Positions 11,560 to 25,334 of a stretch of 64,000 nt of DNA are shown here, piece after piece. A model generated the notes under the pieces. That model did not search any database. It saw only the letters and a list, made by a program, of their open reading frames with translations, and had not been told where the DNA came from. The stretch is taken from NCBI GenBank assembly GCA_951406725.2, contig OX597828.1:7068001-7132000 (forward strand), written 5' to 3'. A program made the translations under genes and the position numbers. The DNA is from Octopus vulgaris. Its lineage: Eukaryota. Positions within the stretch are counted from its first letter, which is position 1. Every line of letters begins with the position of its first letter.

Positions 11560-12410
11560 CTGCTCTCAATGATGGTTCCTGAAAGACAAAACTGGCCATA
11601 GCAGGAATTGAATTTTGAACATAAAAGCCAGAATACCACAACTATTATTCTGCTGAGACACTGTGCTTAATGTTTCCAATTTAAGCACAAGGCCAAGTGT
11701 CTTGAGGAGGGGGTTAGTTGAAACCATTGGATCACCAGTAGCTGATTAATACTCTTTTATCAACCCCAGAGGAATATCAACTCATGAACTATAATATACA
11801 AAGCATTTTGTCTGACTAGCTATTCTTCCAATCCACTAAAGATAACAATAATGGCTTCAGATTTAGTCACAAGGCTATTAATTTTAGTGGTGGTAGGGTA
11901 GTCAATTACATCAACTCTAGTACTCAACTGGTACTTTGCCTTTCATCCTTTCGGGAACAATAAAGGAAAGGTGACCTTGGTGAGATATGAACTGCAAATA
12001 TAAAGAGAGAAAAGCTGCTGCTACACATTTTTCTGATGCACTGATTCTGCCAGCTTGCTATAATAAATCTGTTTTACTATAGGCACAAAGCCTGAAATTT
12101 GATGGAGGGGGGATAGTTGATCACATCGATCCCAGTGTTTCACTGGTACTTAATTTATGGACCCTGAAGGTGAAAGGCAAAGTCAACCTCAGTGGAATTT
12201 GAACTCGGAACGTAATGGCAAAATACTAAGCATTTTGTGCAGCATTTTAACAATTCTGCCAGCTTTCCACCTTAAATAATAGTCGCTGCTGCAGCATGTG
12301 AATCTTATTTTACGTGATCCAGAAGAATGTAGAGCAACATTCACTTCGGTGGGATCTAAATAGATCCTAGGCTAAAGGCAATACTCTTTTGTACATCCTC
12401 ACTGCCATAA
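11560..12410 (-). mobile_element. Head-to-tail cluster of 4-5 Deu/Nin-like SINE copies
   Basis: Units of about 200 bp at ~11670-11840, 11850-12060 and 12065-12273, plus fragments on both sides. They share GCACAAGGC / ACTGGTACT / GAAAGGCAAAGTC / ATTCTGCCAGC motifs, the reverse complement of the 10425 copy. Confidence 0.7.
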
Positions 12411-13184
12411 ATTAATGCCATGAAATTCTGTTTGCTTTTCCCTAGTTATAGAAATAATAAAATAAAGAATGCTTAAAGAAATTCAAGTTGATTTCTTCAA
12501 GAAGAAGAAGACTCTGTAAGAAGAACTGGTGAAGGAGAAAGCAGAAGCAGCTAATTCGAAAAACATCAGATACTAAAAGAAACAAACATCAAAAGCAGTT
12601 TCAGTTCACTGATGTAGTAACAGCAAGGGTAATTAACACAAAAACAAACTAACGAGTAACACACACACAGCCATTGAAAGAAAGGCCTCCCACATTTTCT
12701 TCCCTCGGCATGAAACACACACGCAAAGCCTCGAGATTGCCACCATAGGTTCCTCATATAATGAAAGACTATAATAGCACACCATTCTGAAAAGCGGAAA
12801 TATTTCAGCATAATAATTCAATGAAGTCATATTTCATAACAGATCTTCCTTTTCACTCAACCACTTTGTTTGTTCAGTCTAGACAAGCCCTTTATCAAAA
12901 TTAATTTTATTTCATAAAGGAAAGCAAAACAAGGGTGAATTCATTAAGATTAGGTGCACGCACTCCTTTATAGCAATTCAACAGAGTCTAGTAGGAATTA
13001 ATATCTAAATTAGCAAAACATATTCTAAATGAAATCCAAGAAATTAGAAGAAATATCTACAAGCCTTAGCCAATTAGTTTAGAGATAATTAAATGACAAT
13101 AAACAATATTCATATAGCGTCATCGTAGAGTTAGCTGCAGAAATGAATCACAGTGCTTAGTCTCAACTAATTCATATATTAAGA

Positions 13185-13350
13185 ATGGTGCCATGTAAAA
13201 AGCGGAGTGGTTGGCATCAGGAAGGGCATCAGGCTGTAGAAAACAAACTAAAACAGACTATGGAACCTGGTGTGGCCCCTAGCCTTGCCAGTTCCTATCA
13301 AGTCATCTGACCCATGTCAGCATGGAAAACAGATGTTAAATGTTGATAAT
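13185..13350 (+). mobile_element. Meta-like/RTE-tail SINE
   Basis: GGTTGGCATCAGGAAGGGCATCAGGCTGTAGAAA...CAGCATGGAAAACAGATGTTAAATG. Confidence 0.75.
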
Positions 13351-14384
13351 TAACCATAATACCTGATACATCATGTTGGAGCCATTTGACTAATTATCCT
13401 AACCTAAAAAAAGACTAGCCTTGTATCAGGCAGAAAAAAAAAGTGCTTTACAGGATACAGTTGCATTGAACACACATCTAGTAAAAAGGAAAGCAAAAAG
13501 AGAGCAAATCAAATGATAGAATGCAGACAGGACTAATATCTTAGCTCTAGCCCCATAGTTTTAAGGCAAGGTAGAGAAACTTCCTTGGCATATGCCACCT
13601 GTTTACTGAAGGAAACGTACTTAGAGCTGGTATATAATTCTGATAGAATTAAATAGGTTTCTAAAATATAGATAGAAAGACCAGTAGATGAAGTTTGAAC
13701 TAGTCCAACTCGACAAGTGATTCCCACAGGATCAAGCAAACTTCTAAAATACAGAATGAAGCAAGTATCAGCAGCTGAACTAGTCCGACATATTTACTTT
13801 GCACTTGATTTGCCTTATAGCATCAAGCTACAATTTAAATTCAAAAATCCAAACTTGATTGATTCCACTAGGATGAACTTAAATCCCCCCCCCTGATGAA
13901 GCTGAAAATCACAAAATAAAAAATTATACATCTTTGCTATAAGACAAAATATATTTATATAATAAGTTGGAGCTTAAGTGAAGATTTTTCTAATAAGGTG
14001 CTACTATAAGAATGACAGCTGAGTAATTAAAAGTTTTTAATTTAGCAAGTATCTGGGGTTTGTACCTAATAAGCAGAATAATGCAAAATCCTAGTAAAGG
14101 AATTCACTATTTACTGGCTTAGAGTATCTTAGAAGTTTAGGGCTTAAACCAGCTACAGGAGACTGTTGTGCAATAATATCTGTATTAAAGACCCGTTGAA
14201 AATGATATTCTAGAGACTCCATTCAACATCCTTGGCTCGATCAGTTAAAGATTATTGCTACCATAATGTTAAACTCAAGGTCTCCCCTAAATAAGCAAAA
14301 ATGATCAAAGGAAAGCCATCTATTTTGTACAAGAATGCAGTTCAATATGAAATTTCTTTAGATCAGTGATTTGTTTGAAGGCTG

Positions 14385-14755
14385 TTTGTTATTTTATTCC
14401 ATTTGACTGTGGCCATGCGGGAACACCACCTTATAGAGTTTTTAGTTGAAAAAATCAATCCCAGGTCTTATTCTTTGTAAACCCAGTACTTATTCAATTT
14501 GCCTCTTTTGCTGAACCACTACATCACAGGAACATAAAACACACCAGCATCGATTGTCAAACCATAGTGGGGGTGGTCAAACAGATACACACACACTCAC
14601 TTCTTTCAGTTCCTGTCAACCAAATCCACTCACAAGGCTTTGGTTGGCCTGAGGCTACAGAAGGCACTTGTCCAAGGTGACATGCAGTGGGACTGAACCC
14701 GGAACCATGTGGTTGGGAAGTAAGCTTCTTCCCACACAGCTATGCCTACACCTGT
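14385..14755 (-). mobile_element. tRNA/CORE-like SINE, near full length
   Basis: Reverse complement of the 29405 family (CAAATCCACTCACAAGGCTTTGGTTGGCC...GCAGTGGGACTGAACCCGGAACCATGTGGTTGG). Confidence 0.85.
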
Positions 14756-16854
14756 TACGCAGCCGCAGTGATTGTTTCGGACTCACAAAATGATAAATCC
14801 TAGAGTCATTTATCACATAGTAAAAGGATGAAATGAAATTCATAATTGTTTTAACATCTACCTCTCCATGCTTGTGTTGTCAGTTGGGCTGGGTTATTTT
14901 GCAGACTAAAAACAGATGCTCTTCCTGTGCCAACCCTCGTTTCCAAGGAAGGAAATAGTTTACCCTAATCTGAAAATTGTACTAAAGATTACAAAATATG
15001 AATGATGCTGTAATGTCAGCACAAGGAAACGCACACACACACACACACTAATTCTGTTTAAGATGCAGCACTATGTCGCATTTCCTTTTTGATATAAACT
15101 CATCTGTCTGAACACTGTTTGCATTATATATTTTTCAAGGTCACCTTTACTGCTGCATACTCTGAACTGCAAACAGTTGCAATCTTATATTTTCAAAGAT
15201 CCTGCTATTGTGGAACCTGTTCTGAAATCTGTGTGGTACATGAGATTGACATCTTTTTAAAGATGTGGGACAAATGAATGATGAAAATCTTTATAGAAGA
15301 CAAACAGTAAAAGAATCCAAGGAGAGAAACATTAGAAAAGAAAAGCTATTTTAGTATGTTATTGCCAAGAATGACAATGAAAACCAGAACTATAAATACA
15401 CACACACATTGATGGGTAAGATACTGCTACTGGTGTAAGATGAAGTAAAAATACGCCAGAGTTGGTACTTAAAACCTCTTCTGTTCTATGTGTTAAGCTG
15501 AAAGTATGAAAATATGTGAAAGAAAATAGTACAGCACAAAATGGAATGGGCAGGGCAAGAGTAGAAACATGGGACAGTTGCTGAAGAGGTTACAGATGTG
15601 TGATGAAAACTACTGGACAAAAAACTAAAAAATACTAATGAAATGGAATAGAAAACATGAGAGAGAGGTGAGTGTGTGATTGCAACCAAATGATTGGATT
15701 CCACACCACAAAATGGCACCTTGCACCTGTCTTCTATAACTTCAGGGTGATCAATGCATTGGGAGTGAAATTGGATAGACAAAGTATGAAAATCCAAATA
15801 TATTTCCATATCTTCATACTGACATTGTTTGAGCTATGGTATATTTGTAAATTGAGTCTTGTAGCCTGTGAAGGCAGGCAAGGAGCAGGACAACCAGCTG
15901 TAGATGGTTACTTCAGTAGGTCTTGTCCAACCCAGGCCAGCATGGAAACTGTGGAAGTAAACATGACAATCAGCTGACATAAAAAGCATTCTGAATGGCT
16001 TCTGGTGCTTCTGGGGAGGGGTGGGAGAAATGTCAAAGGGAAAATTCAACATAAATTAAGCAGAATTGTAAGGCTGGAAGAAGGAAGAAATGCTGCGAAA
16101 TGAAAATAGGAAAGAGTGGCTGAGTCAGCTGATTTACCTTTGAACATTTTTATTGGGAATGATGAGGACAAAGAAATAGGATGGCAGAGAGGGTAGATGG
16201 AAAAAAAGAGGAAGTGGAGTGGGAGACATGGGATTGGTGTGAGAGGAGACAGAAAAAGAGGAGAGAGAGTTGACAATGAGTGGCTAGAGTAGATGAGAGG
16301 GGGGAGAGAGAAAGAGAGAGAGAGAGCGCGTATGTAATCTTTCCATCCAGAAGAGACTTTCATTCATGGTATTGCATTGTTTATGTTCCACCATTGTTGT
16401 GTTTCTGCAGCATACAAAGAACAAAAAAGAGAAACACCCAAGGAGAGAGAGAGGGACACCCATTTCTCTCACTCACTGAACCACATCTCCTAGCCCCCCA
16501 TTAAAGGCCATTGAATAAGCCACATAATTAACCAGTTGTTCTCCTGAATCCACACACATACAGGAGGGGGGGATGCCAACAGCAATGGATGGAAGCTAAA
16601 CAGGAAAGGAAACTCAAGACAGCTTTGTTGTTTCTCACACAAGGCCAAATTAAAAATCACAAAACAAAGCACTTTTATCTAATGCGAGTGGGGAAAGGAA
16701 AGGAAAGAATGAAAGTAGGAAGCCTTTCAAGATGAGGTTTGAGTTTGCAAGAGAAAAAGAAACAAACCCTATGTAGATTCCCCAGCTTCACCTTTCAACT
16801 GTGTACATGGGTGTGTATAGGAGAATGTGAACATGCTTTTATGTCCTTTTTTTT

Positions 16855-17410
16855 TCTTTTGTTTTAATAATCTGACTACAGCCATGCTGGAGGGTGTTAA
16901 AAGCCTAGTACTTATTCTATCGGTCTCTTTTGCCGAACCACAAAGTTATGTGGACGTAAACACCAACATCAGTTGTCAAGCGATGTTGGGGGACAAACAC
17001 AGACACACAAACATACACACACACACACACACACACACAATGGGCTTCTTTCTGTTTCCATCCACAAAATCCACTCAAGGCTTTGGTCAACCCAAGGCTA
17101 TAGTAGTAGACACTTACCCAAGGTGCCACGCAGTAGGAATGAACCCGGAACCATGTGCTTGGTAAGCAAGCTACTTACAATACAGCTACTCCTGATCAAT
17201 TATTTTTGTGAAACTCAAGTCACAGGGATATAAACACACCAACACTGGCTGTCAAATGGTGGTGGAGGACAAAGACACATGCAGCAGGCTTCTTTCAGTT
17301 TCTATCTTCGGTCAGCCTGAGGCTATAGAAGACACTTGCCTAAGATGCCATGCAGTGAGACTGAACCCAGAACCATGAGGTTGGAAAGCAAAACTTCTTA
17401 CCACACGCCC
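16855..17410 (-). mobile_element. Two tandem tRNA/CORE-like SINEs (full ~16855-17192, partial ~17205-17410)
   Basis: Both show the head ACTTGCC/ACTTACCCAAGGTGCCACGCAGT..GAACCCGGAACCATG in reverse orientation. The first has an internal (CA)n. Confidence 0.85.
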
Positions 17411-17619
17411 ATAAAAAAAAAAACTTTCCAAAAAAGAATTATGATTTTGAGATGATCTCGGCTTAATCTTTCCATAATATTTAAATTTGTGACATTTTAT
17501 AGTTATTTGTACAACTGATGCAATACGACAAATATTTTCATCCAAAGATAGATTCTTAAGTTTGTCAAACCAAGAAAATATGAAGGGGAGAGGATAACAG
17601 TTAACATCTGACTGACAGA

Positions 17620-17790
17620 AAACCATGTCCATGTTCCATTCTAGCATGGGTAAGAGGTCCAATAAGTTCCTATGGGTCCAAGGACTACATTGCACACCTA
17701 TGTTTACTTCGGCATGGTTTCTACAACTGAATACTCTTCCAAATAACATTTTACAGTGTGTATAGGGTATCTTTTTTTACCTGTGGCATT
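17620..17790 (-). mobile_element. Degenerate Meta-like/RTE-tail SINE
   Basis: GTCCATGTTCCATTCTAGCATGGGT...GGCATGGTTTCTACAACTGAATACTCTTCC aligns with the 9922 copy. Confidence 0.55.
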
Positions 17791-17929
17791 AATACCAGTA
17801 AGATCACTAATATAGCTTGTAAGACTAAAATCCCCTTTGAGTGGGGCTACACAGAAGAGGGCAGTTGCTTTATGTTAAGAGATGAGAGATTGACCCCATC
17901 GAGCCCAGATGTTTTATCTTCAGACAGCA

Positions 17930-18074
17930 AGATCTGGCCAATCACATCTACCCAACAATGTCAGTCTAAAAATAAACGAAGATCTTGAAGGTATGAGAAA
18001 GCACGATTAATTGAAAGTAATGTGAATGAATAGGTATTACATTTGATGAAGTAATATGAATGCCGAAGGGTTAA
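17930..18074 (-). mobile_element. piggyBac-like MITE, partial
   Basis: AGATCTGGCC...CTACCCAACAATGTCA...GAATGCCGAAGGGTTAA is the reverse of the 7952 family. Confidence 0.55.
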
Positions 18075-18899
18075 AGTATGAGAAGAGAGCTACATAGCAA
18101 CTCATATAATAGAGACAGGAGAAAGTTAAATAGTAGTAGTGAGACATCACCCCCTAACCTATTCCTATCAAGGGAGGAAAATGGATTAGGGAGTGACATG
18201 GTGAGAAGGTGCAGTTGGAAGATAGGAAGAAAATATGACTGGCAGAGCAGAAAAAGAAAGGGGCAGAGAACAGCAGAAGAGTAATAGCATGCAGTAGATA
18301 AAGGAAAGGTAAGAAAGGATGATAGAAATGTTAATGATTGGGGATCAAACTGTACAGGTAATTATCTAACATGCATATCGCTGAGAGCGATATCAATAGT
18401 TTAGAAAATTATTAGGCTTAAGTTCTTGATATGTTTATGTGGATAAGGTTAACTTATTGAGAGTACTGAAAGATTTCAGGACTGTGAGGTCAGCATATAC
18501 AATATAAAATAAAAGCTAAACACCATTAATGTTAGGTTGTAATGGTATGTTTAGTTTAATCAAGAATATCTCCACAATGAGATTTTTCAGTACCATTCAA
18601 CCATGAACAACAATATACTTGTAAAAATGCTGTAACTTCCTCTACTATTTGTCAAAGTCCTGTCAGGCAGCAACTAAAACAACTATTGTTGCTTGTGTTG
18701 TGACTTTTAAGCATTTTTTTTAAAAAACCAAATGCTCTTCCAACCAGAAACTTTACAGCATGGCCTAAGTGCAGTTTACGTCCTTGACACTCCGAAGCTT
18801 GTGAAAATGAAAGAGCAAACTCTACCTTATAACAATTAGCTCATCCTAATTTTACTGATTCTCCTTTCTCAAATTTTAAGTTTAATATGATTCAGTGAC

Positions 18900-18990
18900 A
18901 GTGGGGTGCATATTACATGCAAGGTTTAGGTTTTTCAGAGGTACAGCCCCCTAAAAATCTCCCGTGTGTTATACTCGAGGATTTATGGTA
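18900..18990. mobile_element. Possible Tc1/mariner-type MITE end
   Basis: Ends TTATACTCGAGGATTTATGG-TA, resembling TACCGTAAA-type TIRs with a TA target. The matching end was not found. Confidence 0.3.
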
Positions 18991-19493
18991 TATGTCAGTT
19001 TGATTATGGGCTAATGCCACTATTGAGCAATTTAACAGGTGAACTAAAAGTTACCTAACAAAGCATAAATCAGTTTTTACTTTATATACTGAGTGAAATA
19101 GCATCAAAGAAACTAACAAGTATATCTCACTCAGAGCTCAGGTCATTCACCCAGTACAAAAAATTGTTTTAATTTACTACACTGGACGAAAAAAGAAAAT
19201 GGAAAGAACCAGTGAAACAAGATTTCACTCAGAAAATTCACAATAAATTTAAGTTAAAGCAAGCCAGTTATTTTCTGTTGATGATGCTTGCCCGTACAAC
19301 TGTCAGAGCCTGACTATTCTAAGAATAACTGCTCACTAGATATTGTGACACTATCTGCTGATGTTCATAATAAAATGCTAACACTTTTCAGGTTACAATA
19401 GCAAACTAACAAGTAACCTGTTTGCAAAGGTGTGGGTTGGTTCAGCTAGGTGAAATAATCAAGCCAATGAAACTTTCCTCTAAAAGCAGAACA

Positions 19494-19775
19494 ATGGTTC
19501 CCAATTGAAGGTCTGCTAACCCCTTGATGGGGTCAACAAATGGGTTCAAAATTTGAAAAAGGCTGCAGTGTAAAATGTATAATTACCCAGTTACATCTAA
19601 TTATTCAGTTATATGTAGCATATGTAGCTTTGAATTGAAAACTGATACTAGGAAAACGAGTTATTAGTTATAAAATTGGCTTAGAGAGTAAACAGACAGC
19701 TCAGAAAACCCGAGGTCTGTGGGAAAATTCATTTAATAAAAGAAGTTCTTCACAATGAAAATGTCAGAAAATACT
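19494..19775. mobile_element. Degenerate hAT-type MITE
   Basis: Starts CAATGGTTCCCAA and ends AGAAAATACTG, a decayed version of the CAGTGGTTCCCAA / TTGGGAACCACTG termini. Confidence 0.35.
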
Positions 19776-20811
19776 GTTGCAAAGGATTGGATTTAGTAGA
19801 TGTGTTCAAGTCAGGCCAAAAACAGCATGCTCAATAAACAACTGATATGACCACTTTTCCAATATCATTGGAATTTTGCTCTTTCACTCCTCCATTCCAG
19901 GGCACTCCCCCACCCATTATCCCTACAAAGATGGAAAGTAAAACTGACAACCGTGAAGGAGCAAAAAAATTTCAATGACTGAAACCAGTGCCAAACGACA
20001 ATAGTTGACCCCAATTTCAGTTTTAGGTTTTTGTGAAAAATACATCTAGTGCCAGATAATGGAGATAATAGAATCCACCCAGAAGTGTTATGGATAGTAT
20101 TAGTGTGAGGGTACTGCTGTTATTTTTTAAGCTTTTTTTTTCTTTTTAGGAAAGAACCGAGAAGCAGCATCAACTTTTTTTGTTTTGTTTTTAGCTTTTA
20201 AATTCTATGCCAATAACTTAGCATTTGAATCCTTGTTAACAAACCAGTAGAAAGAACCAGCTTTGAAAACATGATACTGGAGGGACCAATTAATGTCAGG
20301 TCATGGATGAAGTATGGTCAGCATGAACTTAACTGTCAACAAGAAAACAAAACTTGGAATGAGCTGTTTACAGAATGAAAGACCTTAGTAAATAACCAAA
20401 TAGATAAAAAAACAAAATGAGACATTTGAAAATGAAAATATATTAACCACAGCTGGTATATGCTATAAATATATCCAAATTCATGAAGGGCATCATTTTA
20501 CTGGAAGCAGTAAAAGATATTGGCTCTGAAAGAATGACCATCACACAAAAATAAAAAATTAAATGTGGCACAGCTATTAATGGATGTTGGCACAAGTTGA
20601 CAGCTGTCAATGGAAGATAAGTAAGCTTTAAAATTATCAAAGATCACAATGGAGTTTATTCCCAGAAATCAAAATGTTAGGATGGAAGATGATTAGTAAA
20701 CAAATCCGAACCATATTTAGTTCCATAATCACAAAGAGTACAAAGAATCTACAACTTATGGCTAAATACTTGAAAGCTAAATATTCAATTACTATCAAAA
20801 TTAGCTTCAAC

Positions 20812-21172
20812 AAGGTGTGGCTGTGTGGTAAGAAGCTTGCTTCTCAACCACATGGTTCCAGGTTCAGTCCTACTGTGTGGCACCTTAGGCAAGTGTCTTC
20901 TACTTTAGCCTCAGGCCAACCAAAGCCTTGTGAGTGGATTTGGGAGATGGAAACTAAAAAAGCCTGTCATGTGTATGTATATATGCGTGTGCATCCTCCA
21001 TCACTGCTTTGCAACTGGTGGGGATGGGTTTACATCCCCGTAATGTAGTGGTTTGGAGAAAGAGTGATAGAAAAAGTACTAGGCTTCAAAAAATAATTCC
21101 TAGGGTCGATTTGTTCAACTAAAACCTTTTATGGTAATATGCCTCAGTTAAATGATTGAAAGATAAAAGAAA
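20812..21172 (+). mobile_element. tRNA/CORE-like SINE
   Basis: GTGGCTGTGTGGTAAGAAGCTTGC...GGTTCAGTCC...GGCACCTTAGGCAAGTGTCTT...GGGTCGATTTG, colinear with the 29405 copy. Confidence 0.85.
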
Positions 21173-22656
21173 AAACAATCAACCAACATCAGAACTACAC
21201 TGAGGCATATAAAATGAAGTATACTTTGTATAATTTGCTACAAATTGTAACCAATTATCACTTAAATTACACACACCACTACCTTATAATATACAAAAAA
21301 ATAAGGTGTTCATGTAGGAACAACACAAGCTATTAAAAAAGGAAAAAAAAAAAAAATTTTTTTTAATGGCTACAGAATGGCCATTGCAAAGCCTCAAAAA
21401 TAGTGAGAGTAATGTAGTTCGATTGTGAATAAGAGAAAGCTGAGAGAGCACTGGAGTATTTGGTCAGAGTTTATGACTGATAAACAAAACATTTTTAGTT
21501 AGTTCTATTAGTAAACAGAGTATTTGGTTTCCAATAGTGTCTATCTTCCACTAGACATTATCAATTCCACACCTACAACATAACGTTCAGGTATATAATT
21601 AAGTACAAGAACAAAAATACACTGGTAACTAGAGAAGATTTAAAAACAGTCTATTACAATTTCAGAACATGGTACACATGCTGCAAGCCTGAGATGGTAA
21701 CTGTACACTATTAAAAACACTTGCTTTAGTAGCAGTAACTAGAAATTATATGACTAAGCCAAAATTACTGATTAGCTAAGAATAAGAACGCTTTTAATAG
21801 ACATTGCTCTGTAATGATTTTTAAATCAGACATTAGGATTACGTTATTATATTCGAGAATGGCGTATGAGACTAAATACTAAATGACATCATTATTCAGT
21901 TTCATCATTTAAATCTGAGGTAAAATCCAGCCAAGCCTGTTATCTAAAGGGCAGATTCAGGACCATGTACAGTGTGCCTTTATGTGGCTAATATTAGGGA
22001 CAGTATATTTAGAAAGTAACTATATGGATCCTTGTGAGTGATAAAACCAGGTACATATAAATATAAATTTGTACCAAGAATTTCTTTCTCTCTGACACCT
22101 ATCTTTGCCTACCATAGGTATGTAATCCTTAAGACAATGTAATAAAAAGAACACACCTGTCTTATATGTTAACACAAAATACAATTTAGCCAGAAAACAT
22201 CAGTTAACACCTGTACAACACACACACAACCACACTGCATGATGTAAGAAGTGACTCAAAGAGTTGATGTCAGGTAGGGCAGACAGCCATAAAAAGCAGC
22301 CTCAAAGTCCTATTCAGCTTTGAACTAGCCTGGAAAAACCAACATAAAAATGATTAGAGTAAACATAAATGGACATTTCAGTATTTTGGTTCAACTCACC
22401 TACCTGCCCATTGTACAACCTGAATAGCTGAATATTCCAAACAATTAGAATCAATAGGAACAAATGAATGACAAAGCTGAGTTTTTGAGTAACAAATGCA
22501 ATGTCTATCCAAGTGGTCTCCAGTTTTCATTAACCTACTTTTGCCTTGCTTAGTGACACTAAAATATGCCAAGCAGCATAGTTGAACTTAGAACCCCATG
22601 GTTGCATAAAAAACAGATTTTAACCATACCTGCCTATATATATATATATATATATA

Positions 22657-22765
22657 TAGCGGTTCGGCAAAAGAGACGATAGAATAAGTACCAGGGTCGA
22701 TTTGCTTGACTAAAGGCAGTGCTCCAGCATGGCCACAGTCAAATGACTGAAACGAGTAAAAGAGT
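22657..22765 (+). mobile_element. 3' tail of tRNA/CORE-like SINE within (TA)n
   Basis: TAGCGGTTCGGCAAAAGAGACGATAGAATAAGTAC...CCAGCATGGCCACAGTCAAATGACTGAAAC. Confidence 0.8.
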
Positions 22766-23507
22766 ATATATATATAAATACACATATCTAAAGTTACTTT
22801 ATACCATTCAAAGAGTGAACGGATTGAACAACTTCCAACAAACCACTTATATATTCTGATCCCTATTCTTACCATGTTGAAGTGTACCCACCCCTATATT
22901 GGTATATAAAGTGTGTGAGTGTGTTGCACACTGCATACTTTCCATACCTGTATTTCATGCAGGGAGGGGGAGTGAGACATGGAAGAGTTAGCCACAGTTA
23001 TTTATTTTAGAAATCACATATCACAAATAGGAAGAGCCAACATCCTGTTCTGAGAAACAATCTTGTACACATACACAAAAAAAAAAATAATAAATTCAGC
23101 ATAATAGCACCGTTAAAACTATTCATCACCAGTACACTATCTGCACCGAAAATCCTTGTCAACACTAACCTGCACTACTCAGATGTATAAAGTTTGTTTA
23201 CTTAATATTCTATTAATCATTTCCAGCTCACAGGATTCTAGTGACTATCACATATCATTTCCAAGGAAAGAAATTATCAAACATAACCACTGTACATGCC
23301 ACACCTTTAGATGTTGATAAATACTCGGTGCATCCTTTTGTTTCATTGTGGAAATTGAATAACTCTATCATACAATAATTAACTACAGTATTTGTATTTC
23401 TCGCTATTAAAACAAGAATTAAAAGTAAAAAAAAAAAAATAGGAAAACCAGATCACTCAAGTAGATTACAAATGCTATCTAGACAAAAAAAATTATTGCA
23501 CATACAT

Positions 23508-23810
23508 AGGCACAGGTGTGGTTGTGGGTAAGAAAGTTGCTTCTCAACCACATGGTTCTGGGTTCAGTCCCACTGTGTGGCACCTTGGGCAAGTGACAAG
23601 CCAACCAAAACCGGATTTGGTAGACAAACTGAAAGAAGCCCATTGTATGTGTCTCCCATCACTGCTTGTCAGCCAGTTTTGGTGTGTTTATGTCAGCAAA
23701 AAAGTATTAGGATTTTTAAAAGTAAGTCCTGTGGTCGAATTGACAAAAACCCGTTAAGGCGGTGCTCCAGCATGGCTGCAGTCAAATGACAAGTAAAAAT
23801 GAATAAAGAT
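23508..23810 (+). mobile_element. tRNA/CORE-like SINE
   Basis: Same head and tail as the 29405 copy (GGCACCTTGGGCAAG; GGCGGTGCTCCAGCATGGC). Confidence 0.85.
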
Positions 23811-25334
23811 AATACACACCCAAAAACCATTATCCTAATCCTATATCCAGCATTTTACATAAAATTTCCCAAACAAATGATTCATGGCATTTAAAAAAGA
23901 AACAAAGTTTATACATTTACATATGTTATACATTCAAGCCAGCGCCCTCTCACACACAGCTGGATAACTCTTCTTATTTGCCACTCAGCTAACCAAGTAA
24001 GAATGGAACCTCTGTTCATTTGACTGGTTGGCAGTTATGAGCCTTTCCTAGTGGAATTACAGAATGGCTGCTGAGATAAGCATTATTGTTAAACAGAAAC
24101 TGGAAGAAACTGACTACAACTATCTGTTTTAAATAAGTCGCTCCATTGATGAGAAAATGAAAAAGTGGCCACATTACACGGCTGAAAGATGTGTTAGGAA
24201 TTATATCAAAGCTGTTAAAAAAACAAAAAAAATATCAAAATACATAAATTAAAAAGAACTTAAAACGTAAGGAAATGCTTTAATTTGCAGAACTATTCAA
24301 GCAAATAAAGTTATGCATGGAGAAGAGGAAGCAAAAAAAGTAAAAGTTAGTGAAGAAAACACTCCTCGAATCTAGAGAAAACTAAAAATAACTTTAAAAT
24401 TAATACAGCAGTTACTTTAATGGATTTTCATTGACTTTCTAACCTTTTTCTTTTTTTGTTCTTTTGTTAACTATTGAAATTATTTTATAAAGTAGTTTTT
24501 CATAAGATTTTTCAGAATCAAAAGCCAAGGAAAACAAGGAAACCCTACTTGAATTCCTTGTTGAATAAAGGACAGTTCTGTAAATAAAACACTTCTTGGT
24601 GAAGGAGCTGATAACAGATTATGTATATGGACATTAGGCATGCTTAAAAAAAACAACAACAAAAAAAATAGCTAAATCGCCAATAAATACAAGTGTTTTA
24701 AAAAATAGAAAATAAAATTCAACATTAGTGGAGCTGGTACATAAAGCTCAACTCCTTAATTTATAACACTAACTCCAACTTCTATTTGTAATTAGGCTAA
24801 TTATATAATCCTTACATTGATTGAAAGCATACAACATTCATGGTCAATGTAAATAATTATGCCAGCTTTTTAGCACCCTAACCTGTTTTTTTTTTTTATT
24901 CTAAGTTACAATCAAACACAAAACCTACAAAATTTACAGGCCTTTTCTTTTTTGTCAACAAAAGGCTAATAAGTGAAAGCATATAAACTATAAAAACATT
25001 TTAAATGAAGATATAATAAGCTATAAAAATACCATAAAAGACATCAGAAATTTGTGTTTTCCAATTCAAAACTCTTAGCAACTTAAAAGGCCATTAAAAA
25101 AGAAACAAAAGAACTCAAATATACGACCCCCTTTTTCAGATTAAAGTACTGCTTGAATATAAAATTCAGGAGAATGTAAAAATGTAAGGAAAAAAAACTT
25201 TGTAAATCATTGAAAATCTCAACTCTACAAAATTTAAAGAAACAGTAAGAAGGGCAAATTAAATTAATACAAATCCAAAATTTATCAACATTTTGTTCTT
25301 AGAAAAGCCACCATTTCTTCTTTCAAAGAAATCC

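Noticed and set aside
11560-12410. Regularly spaced repeats resembling a CRISPR array
   Set aside because: The context is eukaryotic and the units are ~200-bp diverged SINEs, not short identical repeats with unique spacers.
15070-15850. Possible RTE-type LINE remnant (MEWAGQ, cf. LRWAGH)
   Set aside because: Only one weak motif was recognisable, too little to call without a profile search.
19800-20800. Complex, non-repetitive-looking stretch that might be coding
   Set aside because: No sustained ORF or recognisable motif. Probably an old TE fragment or unique intron sequence.
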